A stretch of DNA of 59,681 bases, filler included, from Dirinaria sp. TL-2023a (GCA_051941275.1; 11 parts of 11 records of this genome joined end to end with filler, not necessarily neighbours in it), one strand, 5' to 3'. Positions 1 through 14,200 are shown, numbered from the whole stretch's first letter. Numbers and translations: made by a program. Notes: generated from the letters alone by a model not told the origin.

Positions 1-617
1 ATTAGTGCGCGCCGAGAACTGCGTTCAATACTATATATGTGCTGGGTTGGGTTGTAATGATTCTAGAGATCTGATTTTTAGTATCGGAAATGGATAAGAT
101 AATTTGGGATAGTGTGGCTCAAGTTTATTGCAATCTTCCCGTTTTTTTTTTTTTTTTTTTGAGGGAGAGAGAGAGAGATGGTTCGAGCTGATGACATAGA
201 ATTGTCTCTTTCATTCATCATTGATGAGTACTCAAGCGGATTTTCCTGTCCGAGTGATACTCCGAGGACAAATGTTGGTCGCCGGACAGAGGATATTCCT
301 AGCTAGGAAGAAGATGTTGGGGCGTAAGGTCGGATATGGAAATGCTGGGGCAAAAAAGGTTGAGCAAGCCCCTTGAGATTGAAACGATCCCAACATCAAG
401 AAAGAAAAAAAAAAAAAAAAAAGAAAATATGTGAGCGGATGATATATAAAAGACCCACCGTCCCCCTTTTTTTTTTGTGCGCCCTTTGCTGAAATTTATC
501 CATCTTCTTCCAACGGTCTCTCCAATTATCGACCGCATCGGATCTATACTTCACCTTACCAATCCACCGAAAATCGCAGCATCCTCTTCAGAGTACGCGC
601 TACAGATATATCTCATC

Positions 618-1112
618 ATGCATATCTCACTCTTTAACACCGTCATCGCGATCTTTTCCCTCCTATCTTCTGCCCTGGCCGAGGAGATACCGGATCCATC
701 CTGGCCAGATCATAGATTCTCCGCCGATCCTGACTACTGCGCCAACCCCGTCATTTACAACATCGCCAATCACCCTCACAAGAAGCTGCTCTCAACCTAC
801 CACAACGTCACCGTGGTTCAAGGTGGAGTCAAGAATCCTGTGTTTCAAGATGGATTCGAGCATTGCTGCGACCTCTGCTACCATTCCACACAGAATTGCA
901 TGCTCGCTCAGTACAACGAGTCCACTTCGATCTGTTCGATGAGTATCATAGAGAAGGCTTCCAAGCATCTGAAGCCAGCTGGACCAAAGTTGGAGGCGCA
1001 GTGTCCTTTCGGAGTGTCTGACGAAGGGGCTCTTGCTCAAGGTTTCATGGGTACCGGTAACTACATGGGTGGACGGTGCTGGACGCCGGAGATTCACTTG
1101 GACAACATGTGA
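618..1112 (+). CDS. Small secreted cysteine-rich protein (164 aa), unknown function
   Basis: ATG at 618 begins a signal-peptide-like MHISLFNTVIAIFSLLSSALA; 8 Cys including CCDLC...C; intronless; TATATAAAA at ~443. Confidence 0.7.
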   Translation: MHISLFNTVIAIFSLLSSALAEEIPDPSWPDHRFSADPDYCANPVIYNIANHPHKKLLSTYHNVTVVQGGVKNPVFQDGFEHCCDLCYHSTQNCMLAQYNESTSICSMSIIEKASKHLKPAGPKLEAQCPFGVSDEGALAQGFMGTGNYMGGRCWTPEIHLDNM

Positions 1113-1820
1113 TTAAGACTGCGTTCGCGCAAACCTCTGCCCCGATTTCTCGATGCCGGTAGAAAATTCTGATGTCGGCGATAATGCATTCTGATACATA
1201 GATATAAAAGGTCTTTGGGCTTACTCATCTTCATTGCTCCTGACATGAGCTATCTGTCTATGACATTGAGTGTTCGTACTTTGGCGTCAGAGAGGATTCT
1301 GTCATGTCCATCTAATTAGTGTCTCAACACGCAAAATAAAGGAACAGTCGGCTTCAAGCTTGGGCGATCATTACAACTTCAAACCACGGAAAGAGGCTTA
1401 CTGTCAGCAAATCGGCCGTTGCAGCAGACAATCATCATATCCTTCCACCATTTTACAAGTCTTGTAGGTTGAGAAACCCTAGGCCAATGGCCGTTTTAGA
1501 TTCAACAACGACGAATCAATAGAAATTGCATTAGTCGAGACGTTTGAGGTTTAAAATCTATGATGATATTCTTATCTGGGTCCTCAAAAGAGATTCGTGG
1601 TGCTCATTTCGTACCCTGCATTGGCATAAGCTTTGCCTGGTCCACGCGCATAGGTATCCTCATTGACATGAATTTTCCGCTACGTCGAGCCGTCCTCGGA
1701 AGTCGGTCTCCCCAATGCTAATCATCGATTGCTGACAAATAACGATGATAGGTCAATTCCGCCTCTCAGCCATCATCCTCACTCTCACTGATTTTTCTTT
1801 ACAAGGGCCATTGTCTCCCG

Positions 1821-2258
1821 CTATTTCTCTCCCAGAATCTCGACTTCCGCTTCCAGAGAGGCGATGTGCTTATCCATGTCCTGCACAGCGGTTTTGAGTG
1901 TAGGTGTTGTACACTGTTTCTGCATCTCCTGCCAATAAGTCGTGAAGTGTAGTATCTCAGAAATGCTCAAATCCGAGATATCTTCAAAGTACTTCTGGCT
2001 TATCTTTGACAGACTCAGAGTCACTTGCGTGGGGAGCTCGGAGTGACGTGTAGGTCTAGACAAACGTTCTTCATTCAACATAGTGGCCTCTCCACTCATA
2101 CGTTCGAGAGCCGAGGTAAGACGATCGAATTCCAGCATGCGATTTTGGAAATTAGCGACTCTGTCGCGGAGATTTGTAACGAGCGTCGCCTTTTGCTGTG
2201 GTTTATCAGCTCGGTCGTGTGGGAGGAAGAAAGAAAGGAAGCCGATGTACAGGCTCAT
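1821..2258 (-). CDS. Hypothetical helical/coiled-coil protein
   Basis: 145-aa ATG ORF with amphipathic composition; no family recognised; may be one exon of a longer gene. Confidence 0.35.
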   Translation of the reverse strand: MSLYIGFLSFFLPHDRADKPQQKATLVTNLRDRVANFQNRMLEFDRLTSALERMSGEATMLNEERLSRPTRHSELPTQVTLSLSKISQKYFEDISDLSISEILHFTTYWQEMQKQCTTPTLKTAVQDMDKHIASLEAEVEILGEK

Positions 2259-3593
2259 GGTGGTGGACAGGTATGAGGAAGAAGCCTGTTAGTGTTCTAT
2301 GGGTTAAGACTAATATGTTTGGATTGCCAGAGGGTCTGTGACTGCACTTAATACAATCTGCTCAAACAGGTATCAAGACATGCAAACCACTGTTCAGCAT
2401 CGGAAGCCCAATTAAAGGCTTTCATGATGCAGCTTTCCATATTTGTCTCGAATTGGTCTCACCGAGATCAAAGAATCAATCCACATGCCAGGGATTCAGA
2501 GCGCAACGGATAAGACCCATCATGCCAGTACCAAAATAGTTCTTTGATTGCCGCTGTCCTAGAATGATTCCAGACTTTTCTGTGAACAAGCCATACAGCC
2601 CCAAGGCTTGTAGGATTGGTTCCACTCTGAAAGACCCACTAATGTATGAGCTTGCGGAAATTGCCCTTTGAGTAAGCGCAGCCAATAGTAAATTTTGCAA
2701 GTTGTGCCTCTCAGTCCGGTGACAGTCTCGATAGCTGCAACTTGATTTGGATAAGATCGATGCCTGAGATTTGATGTCACAGGTACTAACAACAAATGCG
2801 CAGGGACTTCACATAATGCATACAAGAGTATTTGAAGCAGCAATGGAGAGAACAAGATTACCACAATCGACTGGAAGCCGCCCTAATAGAGGGTTGATGT
2901 TGGTGGGTTTTTACTTACGTTCAACCAGCCTATTGTGTGACAGTCGCCAAGGGACCCATTTATGATAACAGCCTAGAAATCGGGAGATAACACGCTTTTC
3001 GAACACCGAATCCGAGTTCTGCGTTTCCCACGATTTACTTTGCAAGCTACCATGAAGCTGGCCAATTATAGTAGCGCAAATGCTCGAGAAGTGGAACAAA
3101 AGTCCTCTATAAGGAGTATCGGTTTCTAGGAGTCTCAAACTCGACGGAATCTCGATACCTCATGACCAAAGCATACTGACGAGATGACGATGGGTTAGTC
3201 TACCGGTGAAGAACCATCGTCAATCTGACAAGTGATTGAGGCTATCGAAAGAGCAATCACAAACACGAATCAACAAGCCGCTAGGTAGGTCAGTCAAGAT
3301 AACCCTAAAATGCATCGACTTTTTTGGGGGATTACCTGTTCATGGGAAATAATTGGTTCGAAAATCTCAACCCTTTCTAACGAAGGTTTACTGCACTGTA
3401 ATAACTGTATCTCGAACTGTCCTAGGGCTCGGGATAATGAAGGAAATAAATGGGCATCGAGGCTCGAGCGTTGCTCGACGCGTGACGTCACTTTACCCTT
3501 GGAGTCGAAAATAAACCAAAAGCATAGGTACCCGTGAGAATTTCCAAGTCTTACAGCCTCTCAGGAAAGCCACTGAAATACGAAATACCCAAG

Positions 3594-4448
3594 ATGCCCA
3601 AAGCAAAGACAGCATGCACCTCTGCTTCTTCGCGTACAGATCCATTGAAGGCACGAGACGACAAACCCTCCAAAAAGGCGAATGCAACGAAAGGGCATAC
3701 AGGAGAAACTGATACCCAGAACGCGTCGAAAGGAGACTGTCAGGCAGGTAATTACCTCCTCTTGATCTACTTGATGGACACCTATGAACCCAGTATTTCG
3801 CGCCTACTCTCCGTGCCGCCCGAGACAACCTTCGACAAACTACACGAAGCAATCCAGATCGCTTTTAGCTGGGCCAACTCTCACATGCACCAGTTCGAAC
3901 TCAATGAGAAATCAGCCGAAAAGCCCTTCTCCGGCAATACGTTACTAAGACTCCAAACGTTCGCCGACAACATGGGTCTCGATCCGGACCCGGAAGAGGA
4001 AGCAAAATACTCGCTGGCCGACGTGTACGAAAAAGAAGAATGGAAAGGGAAAACGCTGACCCTGCCATATGAATATGATATGGGCGATAGCTGGGAACAC
4101 GACATCATCCTTTGAGGGCGGGCAGATGGGAATTTGGGAAACACTATGTCGCTCAACGAATCATCCGGTCAGCGCATGGTCGTCATCACTGGTGAGGGCC
4201 ATCGGTGTGCTGAAGATTGCGGTGGACCTCCAGGATGGCAGGATTTGAAAGACAGCTTCGCGAAGACGAAGGGCGGCGACAAAGAACGCAAGGAATGGTA
4301 CAAGCGCATGTGTTCTAATGGCGATAAGAAGGGTTTGAATCCGTATGAATGGGATATCTTGTCCATAAACGCCGAGCTTGCAGACGTAATTCTCCCTTGG
4401 TCTTTACATTTTTCGTGATGTTGCTGACCCTTCTAGATCAAGGTTTGA
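3594..4448 (+). pseudogene. Plasmid pRiA4b ORF-3-like (MM3350-like) protein interrupted by one in-frame TGA
   Basis: Motifs TFDKLHEAIQIAFSW..SHMHQF, YEYDMGDSWEHDI and GEGHRCAEDCGGPPGW lie in one frame either side of TGA 4113-4115; probable terminal intron 4386-4436 (GTAATT...GCTGAC...TAG), then IKV*. Confidence 0.75.
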
Positions 4449-5060
4449 CCTATCAGATCGCCTGAGTCTTTCAATGTAAGGCACCCCAAACAGGTCCGCC
4501 GTACAGTCCAAATGGGATGTTGAGAGACGAGGCCATGCTGTACGCAGGTTTGTTTTCTTTCGTCCTGACTTCAATTAGGCCTAAAAGGCAAATTAGCTTG
4601 GTCAGTGTGATAACGTTGCTGTAATGGGCTTTCCCAACAACAGAAGAAAGCTTTCAAAATCGAAAAGCACAAAAAGCTCTGACTGTTGATACTGAAAAAG
4701 AAAAAAATGGACAACCAACATCAGACCGATTTGCATTTCTGCTTACACTCCAGTAACGCTAAACTGTTTGGAGGTTCCTCATCATGAATGTCGTATCTCG
4801 ATATCAAATTGCCAAGCATCGAATGCCCCGCTGAAAACCCTCGGGTGGCTAGTAGCAATTTCGGCACTTATTTGAAGCAAAGAAAGAGTCCTTTTTTTGT
4901 TGTTGACTATCTGGCTTAAGTTGCTTGTAGAAGCAAAGGCAAAAAGCTAAAAGCTAAAGATGAAGGGGCAGTCCCTCTCACTCGCTGACTAAAACATGCT
5001 AGATATATTTTCGGGAAGGTGCAAAGGCATTTTCTAACAGCCCTCTCTCTTTTCTTTTAT

Positions 5061-5360
5061 CGTCATGTTCTCATGATGTTCATCTTCTAGATAAGAAACT
5101 TGCGGTCTCTTGCTGCTTGACGTGATTTTCTTTCTTTGTTTGCTATATCAGCAAGCGCTTTCTTCTTTGCTTTTTTTCTGAGTTGATCTCAAGCGTCTTG
5201 CTGCAATTGCTTCTTAGTGACTTCAAATATGATGACATAGTTGACTTGACGATATTTCTGTCGAAGCTGACGTTCTTCGTTTTGACTGAGTGCGTTAATC
5301 AGCTTATTCTTGAATTCTTTCATGATCTCTTTCTTCAGATGCTTGATGATATCTGATTCG
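5061..5360. mobile_element. Hypermutated repeat remnant at contig end (family not identifiable)
   Basis: About 300 bp almost devoid of CC/GG while keeping CG, the same signature as the Gypsy element. Confidence 0.4.
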
Positions 5361-5460
5361 NNNNNNNNNNNNNNNNNNNNNNNNNNNNNNNNNNNNNNNN
5401 NNNNTTAATTAATTAANNNNNNNNNNNNNNNNNNNNNNNNNNNNNNNNNNNNNNNNNNNN
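5361..5460. other. Artificial contig spacer N44-TTAATTAATTAA-N44 (also at 10811, 16260, 21708, 27148, 32587, 38024, 43449, 48871, 54277)
   Basis: Identical 100-bp spacer 10 times; the linker has stops in all six frames. Confidence 0.98.
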
Positions 5461-5747
5461 TATTATACCTTAAGGTAAGCTCTTACCCTAACTAACTTGA
5501 GGGGTTGGCTTTGGTTTTTGATTTCTTCCATCCTTCAAAAATAAGCAACTTCGTGCACTTGAACTCCTCACCTACAACATCATCAACTCTCATCACCGAA
5601 AATTAGGTGGTTTTATCACTAATTACCCAGGAGAGACAGAGAGCCCTACCGAAACCTTTTGAGCTTTCCTCGCACGCCTCGTCCGATCTTAGGATCGAAG
5701 ACCAAAAAGAGGCCGAGATTGGCTATCGAGCAGCCCCGAGGGCTGCT

Positions 5748-6815
5748 ATGTACGAGCTTTCGAGATGGAATCATAAAACTGGCTGTTTGTGGGACTGTGA
5801 GAATCGTAAGTGAGATTTGTCACCTGATGTACTACTATTTAGTGTACCACTATGCTGATGCGGCAACAGTCTCAGGTCAACATTCGTGGTACGGGGATTG
5901 CCTGCATCGTCTTGCGGATGATCGTTCGGCCCTCTGCAAAGCCCTGTCAAGGAGAGGTTGCGATTGCCGGCGATGTGCGAGTCTTCATCATCCCTATCAA
6001 GATGATGTAATCCTTCCTCTTCCCAAATCGCAGTGTGAACTTCAGTGGCTTCGATCGACCGCATAGCTGAGCAGCGAAACGATATCACAGCAAATCTCAA
6101 GCGAGTGTTTCAGGAGTGGAATCGTAAGTAAAATACAGATCGTTCAGTGAGACAACGTCTGACACTAACCAGCGCGCGTCCCTCCGTCGCCCTCGGCGGC
6201 TCGCAACTTTGGATCGACCTCTATTCGCCAGGAAGGTCGGCATATTCTGCAGCCTGTTCGCATAGAGTGAGCGGAAGGACTGGTCTTCTCCTTGTCAACG
6301 AGATCGACAAGTCTCGCGACACGAACGCCGAGGGCGACAAGATCCAACCATCGGAGATCAGTTGGCAATCCTTTGTCTTTGGGGCAGACAAGGACAATGT
6401 TGGGCCCTCAAGATTAAGGTGTATCGTTATTTCCCATATCATGAACGAGCACACCAAGGATGTCATCTTCCAGAGCATCCGCTCGTCAACGACGACTCTT
6501 GAGAAATCAGACGGGCACAAGGAGTTCACGGAGACTGACGACGGCTTTTATGCCCTGTTAGGCAGTCAGCTTGGGAACCTGGCTGTCAATATGCTCCTTG
6601 ATCACAAGGAAAGCATCGGGTATAAGTACGTAGACCGTGTCGTGCTCTTTGGCAAGGAGGGTATCATCTTTGGGAGCGAATGGGGATCGGCCCGGACGCT
6701 CCTGATGATACTATCCGAGCCTCGATCTCGGAAACGGGCTTCGTCAGCACCGCCTGACTTGCCGTCTACGACAATGGGAAGCAGGAAAAGGAGGAGACTG
6801 AGCAAATCCGCCTAA
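5748..6815 (+). pseudogene. Disrupted hypothetical gene; last exon 6173-6815 is open
   Basis: GTAAGT...CTRAY...CAG introns at 5806-5869 and ~6124-6172, but the middle exon has TAG 6064-6066 and incompatible phases; the 3' exon looks globular (SEISWQS, GFYALLGSQLG, MLLDHK). Confidence 0.4.
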
Positions 6816-7406
6816 ATTCCTCCCATTGATTGACAGAGGAGATGCCCCGCCACAGCATCTTATCTCTGATTTAGGCGTTAAGAGACGGTAATGCGGTGTT
6901 TGGACGTACAACCGCCCAATAAAGTCGGCGTCAGAAGTAGTGAGCCTGCAGCATCTTATAGATTGAACGCTCTCCGGATTAGTCGGGGCAATAGTCACAA
7001 TATCACTTATTACGCTCCGAGTCAATTGAAAGCGCTGGCAGAATATGACAGTATCTACACATTGACCGAGCCATCAGTCCAATACTTCTAAATATTGCCA
7101 GGTACCCTCCCCGGACTTCCCTGCAAGGGTCTGCAAAACTTTTCTGCTAAAATGGTTGAGAAGGTAAAGTACTGTGGCTAAATGCCAAGGGATCTAACCT
7201 TTCAAAACCACGCTTCGCTTCAGACCTTCCCAGTACTTATACCCAGATCAAAAACCTTCCTCCCACACATGCTTGACATCAAGATTCTCATTAACCGTAG
7301 ACTATAATTCAAACCAAAGCCCATCTATATCAACCGAAGTCTCCCTGTTCTCAAAACAGCTTTCAATCAGTGACTCCTATTCGGACAAGGTTTTGCTCAA
7401 GCGAAA

Positions 7407-8586
7407 ATGGCGCTACCTTCTGCATCGCCTGCTGACAACGCAAATTACTCTGAGGACGTATCAAATTCCGATCTTCGAGCGGAATTGAAGAGACAGTACT
7501 ACAGGGGGGAAGAAGAGTATTTTGGTGACGACATCAAGTACGATTGGCAAATCGAAACGCGAATGTTCAAACTTCAAGATTTAGCGCCAGTTTCTTCGAT
7601 CAATGGGGGTCTCAAACGGCTTTGTAATAAGTCTACGACTTTTTACTGGACTCGTAAGTCAAATCATGGCCTGTTGTTCCATATTGATATTCCTCTGTCA
7701 ATCGCCTAGAGGGATCTTAGGTGTGACCTGCGCCGACCAAAGAGACAAAATTGACCGCACCCCTTTTGAGGACGTAGGCTGACATCAAATCTTTCAAACA
7801 GTATCTGCTCAAGCTCCAGACTACTCTGCATGCCCAGCAATCGTCTTCGCCTGCATCTACAAGGCGTGGTTTCGTTGTCACGATAATCATCCGAACATCG
7901 ACTTTGGCAAATTCTTTGCAGAACCTTTCCAGATCACTCCATCAGGGCCTCAAACGATACCAGACATTCTCAAGGCACATGCACATCTCTTTGACCAAGC
8001 AATCTCGCAACTAAGTGGAATCCAAGGTGGGGAATTCGGCCACGGTCCAGAAGAACGACGCAACTGGCGAAACTACCAGCTGCTGCCCACAAGCTCGGCA
8101 TTGATCGCTCTTTATGACGAACACTTGACACCACCTGAACGCAGAAGCGATAGAACTGTCTCTCTTGATGCCGAGGCTCGACGCCGAAGCGTGGTGCTGG
8201 TCCTGACGCGACGTGATGAAGGCCTTAGCCAACCCATCAGCTTTAACGGCATCAGGTCGAAGTCACTTCCACTTGCACGAGATGATAATAGTGGGATCGA
8301 TAGTGCCAGAATCATACGCGTTCCATTGGATATCGCTGTGCAGTTCGTTGCAGACTTGCAACGAAGGGAAGATGAAGCTATGTCGGCCTCATCACAGCAG
8401 AACGCTAGTGATGCATCAGCGATTGATAGGGCAGAAGCATTCGTGGACAATATTCTCGATAATCCTTCGGGGGATACTTCGAAGCAGTTTAGGATCGATC
8501 TTGCGCTGGAGAAGATCGATTTGCGAAAGAGGGGAGAGGCTCCGGATGAGCAGGGGGTAAACCATTGGGGTATAGCCTGGGTCTAA
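7407..8586 (+). CDS. Hypothetical protein, 2 exons (7407-7653, 7802-8586), ~343 aa
   Basis: Phase-1 intron GTAAGT...GCTGAC...CAG (7654-7801) joins two open frames without stops. Confidence 0.65.
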
Positions 8587-10910
8587 GGTAAGGTAGCTTG
8601 TAACATTCTTTGACCCCCATGGTCTTATTGACCTTTCGAGCTAGCATGACATAAGCTCGAGAGCACATCACACTTTTGGACTTGTGGAAAGCAGTACGGC
8701 AAAGCAGTTCAAGTTCAAAAATGATCGTACATGACCCGCTTCCCGAGCAAAAACACATCCGTCAAGCAACCACAAATGGAGAAAATAACAGACCGCGATA
8801 TTGGCCTTCCTGTAGAGAAACACGGAAAGAGACTTGATCCCACTACCATCCGCTCGATTGCTATCTTACTTCCGATTGAGATGGGTGTTATGGTTGTTGT
8901 CATTATACTTGACCCACCATCTGATCCATAACAATTGGTGGCATCAACGAGCCGATCTAGTCGTGTACGCGCTTCCTGCGCAAAAATGTCGTCGTCGATC
9001 CTTTTGCTAGGTCTGTCGACATGGCTTCGAAAGCTGCTTGCAACGCTTCTGCTATCATGAACTTATAGGATCAAGGTACTTCATTTACTCGATGCGATGA
9101 TAGGATGCGAGCTCTTTTTTTTTTTTTCAAGCAAAGACGATTTCACAAATTGATGATCATCTGATTGGCCATGGAAGCACCATCGTCAAATCGAGATTTC
9201 GTTAAAGAATGATTTTAGGATAAAAAAGGGGGGAAAGAAGAGAAGCGGGAAAAATTGATAGATGAGATTAGGTGCTGGGGAGGAAGGGTCGGTGGGGAGA
9301 CGGAGTAGAGTCGAGTAGTGAAGTGCTAAAAGTTCTTTTTTTTTTCTTTTGTAATATGATTTTGTACCGCTGTGAGGGAATAGATATAGGATCCTCCTAA
9401 GCACGAGGTACTACCTTAGATATTCCTGAAGAGTGTTCTAACATCAATGCATACACTAATTGCCTGGGGGAAATCGATCTTTAAAGATTTTGTTATGAGA
9501 GTGCTCAGGAAAAGATAAATGATCTAGATACAAATGTCAATGATACACATACTACTGGCGGAGAGACGTCTACACGTGATCATCATGCTCACTTTCTAGA
9601 CCTGCGAGGTCCACTTTGCTCACACTGCCTCTGTGTGCTGACTTTCTATTTTTCATTTCCAAGATAGTTTCAAGTGTTCTTGAAAATTATATTGCTATTT
9701 TTATAAATCTTTTGAGATAAGCAGGGTAATTGCTACTTCGTCTGGGATTGATCAAGAAAAGGCCAAAGGCGTGATATATAGCTATGTCTTTTTTTTTTTC
9801 GATTGCATGGGATCTTATGGTTGGTTTTCAAAGGTTGTAGTCTTTTTGATAGATGTGAGTGTTTGGATATCTTTTTTTTGTTCGCGGGAGAGGAGATGAA
9901 GTTAGGTCATGAACGCACGGTATCTCGAGAACTTTTACCCTGCACTTAAATTTTTGTGATACGCAGCTAAAACGGCGTAGCAGTATCTATGATCATCATA
10001 AGCGACCCAGTCAGCGTCACTGCGTCGAAAGCTATTTAAGCTGAAAATCCCCGTTTGACTTACGCTTGTCATTTGTCTGCATAGTTCAATATTCTTGGAC
10101 CCAGATCTAGGGTATTCGTAAAAGTTCGTGATTAGCTCTTGGCTTCAGCATCGTTATTAGATCGCTATCTTCAGTAATTCTGGACGCTGCAAAGTATACA
10201 TACGTCAGGAATTGGGATTTGGTTTGTTAAAATATAGTCTTGTCCAAATTGTCATATTTCAGTGCGTCACAATGTAGTATGCTTGATCTGTAGTGAGAAC
10301 CGCGACGTTTAACAGCTATGTTGAGGCTTCTTGAAGTGGCGAAGTCTGTATTATTTGATGAACAATCAAGCACTTAAGAGATTTATCAAATCTCCTCGAG
10401 TAAAGAAGCCGATCTCGATAAGCTATCAGATCCCAAAATCCGGTCTATCGTAAACTTTCACAAATTTCGTCTGAATGAGCGAACCTCGATATTTGAACGG
10501 CATCCAATTTTGGAGATTTTTGAAAAAATTTAGAAATCGTGCTTAAGATGACTTCAAGACATGTCAAAGCTTGAAAGGACAGATATTGGCACAACCTCAT
10601 CGACAAAGAATGCAGTCGAAAGCGTGCTCCACGAAGAGAGAATAATAAATAACTTTGTAATCAGTGCCGTCAAAAAATACTCAAGCCAGTACCGCTCTCA
10701 ACCCGCGAAAGATGGACAAAATATTTGACAAGTTGGATACGGGAATGAGGTCACAGGGTACGGATTATAACAAGTGACTTTCACCTATATGTTGTATCAC
10801 AGCATGGGACNNNNNNNNNNNNNNNNNNNNNNNNNNNNNNNNNNNNNNNNNNNNTTAATTAATTAANNNNNNNNNNNNNNNNNNNNNNNNNNNNNNNNNN
10901 NNNNNNNNNN

Positions 10911-11221
10911 CTGCGAAATTGATCAAACAATGATTAAGATGTACAGTTTTTATATATGTCTAAAATTTCTGCGTTTGTTGATCTCATTGTCTGTTAAGAA
11001 CTAGACTGACAACTATTCATTGATAGAGATTAACGAGGTTATATTACTAGATGGACTTAGGTCTATGTACTAAGTACTATACAAGACGAAAGACAAGAAA
11101 AGAAGAAGGGGAATGAGGTTGTCCTGATATATAAGATTGGCAACCCCCTATAGTCGCATACGCGACGCGTGATAGACTTGACAGATTTGACTGAAGGACT
11201 ATGCGACTTAGCATCATGATA
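10911..11221 (-). repeat. Probable 3' LTR of the Gypsy element (far end not defined before the gap)
   Basis: Purine tract AAGAGAAGAAG then CTAC then TATCATG (mutated TGTCATG) starting at 11221 on minus; TATA-like run inside. Confidence 0.55.
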
Positions 11222-14200
11222 GTAGCTTCTTCTCTTGAAGACTGAGTTTCTGCGAAGCTATAGAATCAGATGAGGCGAGACGAAGACTAGATGAGACAGA
11301 AAGAAGATTGAGCGAGACAGAGATAACGACTCAATCGATCATATCAGATGATAGACTGTCGTGACGAAAACTAAACGAAAGACGAGATCGAGACGAGATT
11401 CGAGATATAACTAAGATTTCGAAAACTAAACGCATTTTAATATAATGATACACGATGATTTGACGCGTTTTACTGTGACGATGCACGATCTGAGTTACGA
11501 GACGAGACGAGACTAGACGAGAACGAAATTCTCATTATTTGTTATGACATTGACAATTTGAGATGACACACGACGTTACGTGTAATTTTTCTGCAACGAG
11601 ATGAGCGAGATAATATTTCTCAATGACTTGTTAACAGTTATTCAAAAGATAAAAGAGTTCTCAGATAGAAAAATAATTTTCTCAATCGACGTAATATTTG
11701 AGAAACGATGAATTGAAACGTAGATCACGTTTAAAATTCAGAATACTATTGACGTATCAGAATCGTTGATCATTTTCGACGATAAAAGCTTCACGAGATT
11801 TCGATATTTGATCGAGTAAGAGATTCTGAGCGACATGATTGAGAAAAATAACATAAAACATCGAGTGAATCTTCATTGACGCGAGAAATTCGAGCTCGAT
11901 TATCAGAGAGTTTTTTTCAAAGACACGTTTGACTGAGAAAAAATCAACATGTCGATCGTTTAATTTTATCGCGAGGCGAGCGATATTGAGATTACGAACG
12001 TTTAGTCAGATTTGATTCTTTACGAAATATCTGAAACAAGAACGACGAGAGCGATTGATATTAGATTCGTAGATGATTTAAACGATCAGTATTTCGTCTC
12101 GCAGATATTCGATAAGTTTTTTCATTTTTTTGACGAAATCTTCAACATTGAGTAGCTTGATTCGAGATTGAGTCGTCAATCTTTCAGATAGAGATTCAGA
12201 GAATTCGAATTCTAAACGAGAGTTTTGCTCGAAGTTGACTAAAAACGAAAACGCTAGAGTGATCGAAGAGAATACGTTATTGACAGAAAATTCGACATCG
12301 ACAAATCATTTGACTCAATCATCTTGTATGTAATTGATAAAAATTCGAAAATAGTGTTTTATGATGACGTTGACTCTTTCAGTCTGATCGTCAGTCTCGA
12401 AATAAAATGCGATAAATAACTTAACATCGATTTTCAACATTTGACATAAATGTTGTCAGATGTCAGAGATGAACTGTGTGTCTTTATCAAACACAAAAAA
12501 CTCTGACAAATCATGATATTTTCAGACGTGAGCGTAGAAACATTCAACAGTTTCTTCAATCTTCATTGAGATGATGAAAACTAGATGTCTCATTTTGATG
12601 AGACGATCAACGAAAACTAGAACATATCGATAAATTATACTTATAAAGATACTCGCTGATAGAGAATCTACGTAATTTATAAATATATCGCGTCAGCGAC
12701 GTTCGAGAACGAAGAGTGATCGTAATCAGTCTTGAGTTCTCTGTCTTAAGAACTTGAATCTCGTACATATATGACAATTTCGCACAAAACGTTGAATATA
12801 CTTATAAATGTTAAATCATCAGTATGTTCGACTAATCAGCTCGTAACACTTGATCTTTTCTGAGTGATTACTCGCAGTGCTGTCATGTGTCAATTGAATG
12901 ATTCGAAGACGAAAACGATTTAAATTTGAGATATACTTTCTCTCGCGAAAATATAAACGATTTTGAAGCTTTTCGCACTCAGTCAAAGAAATTTTATTAT
13001 GATGACGTGCTTCACTGCGAAGAGTTTCTAGAATTTGAGATGCAAATTTATCATTGCTCTCGACTTGATCTCATGAAGACTGAGTAGATATATCTGCAGA
13101 ATCGTCATTCGAGTTCGAGATTTTTTGATCTAATTGAGATTTCATATCATCGAAACTGAGTTTCTCTGCTTCATCAAAACTGAGTTCTTCGAGATCGAGA
13201 TTCAGAAAGATTACGATAACAGATGATGAGAATTGAGTCGAAAGTAAATGTAACTGAGTAGAATCTAGTGTACTGATTTGACATTGAGTTTTCAGAATTC
13301 GAGAATTTAGAACATGAGATTTGAGCACGATTTGATATTGAAACAAGTGACGAGAATCTGAATTATTTTCTTTCTTAGAGAGATCTTCTAATCGACGAAT
13401 CAGAGCATCTGATTTGTTTTCAGTTTTTTCAGAACGATAGATGATACGATAATTAAAACGAGATAAAAACTCGTTTCATTGAGTTTGACGACGACTAAAT
13501 TATTTGATGAATATAAAATATTTTAGATTCTTGTAATTCGTGATCATCTCAATTGAATAAATCAAATTTTCGAGCTTCGAACGTTATTTCTCGAAAGCGC
13601 GAACAATGATCATGAGTTTTTTGTCATAGATCTCGTAGTTACATTCGACTGAATTATGTTTCTTCGAAAAGTAAGCAATTGAATGAAGAATTTCGTTCTC
13701 ATTATACTGAGAGAGAATACTCTCAGATACGTAATCTGAGACATCGATTTTTATCACGATCTTGTGATCTGAATTGTAGTGACGAAGAATAACATCAGAG
13801 ATGAAGACTTTCTTTAACAGATCGAAGACGATCTGACATTTCGAGAATTAGACAAAGAACACATCTTTTTTGATACGACGAATTAACGAGACAGCTATTT
13901 TGCTATAGTCGTAGATGAATCTTCTGTAAAAATTCGCAAATTTTAAAAAACTCTGAACATTTTTAACATTGATTGAGATAGATCAATTCACGATTGTATT
14001 TATCTTGACTGAATTCATTTTGACTTCTTCGATCGTGATGATCAGTTCTAGATACGGGACTTGAGTAACATGAAATTCACACTTGATGATATTTATTTGT
14101 AAGTCGACTTCTCGTAACTTCTGTAGAACGAGTTTGATTTGAGTCTCATGCTCGAGCTCATTATCGCTGTAGATCAAGATGTCATCTAAGTAAATCGTAC

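Noticed and set aside
5405..5416. TTAATTAATTAA palindrome recurring every ~5.4 kb
   Set aside because: Artificial six-frame-stop linker inside N spacers, not biological periodicity.
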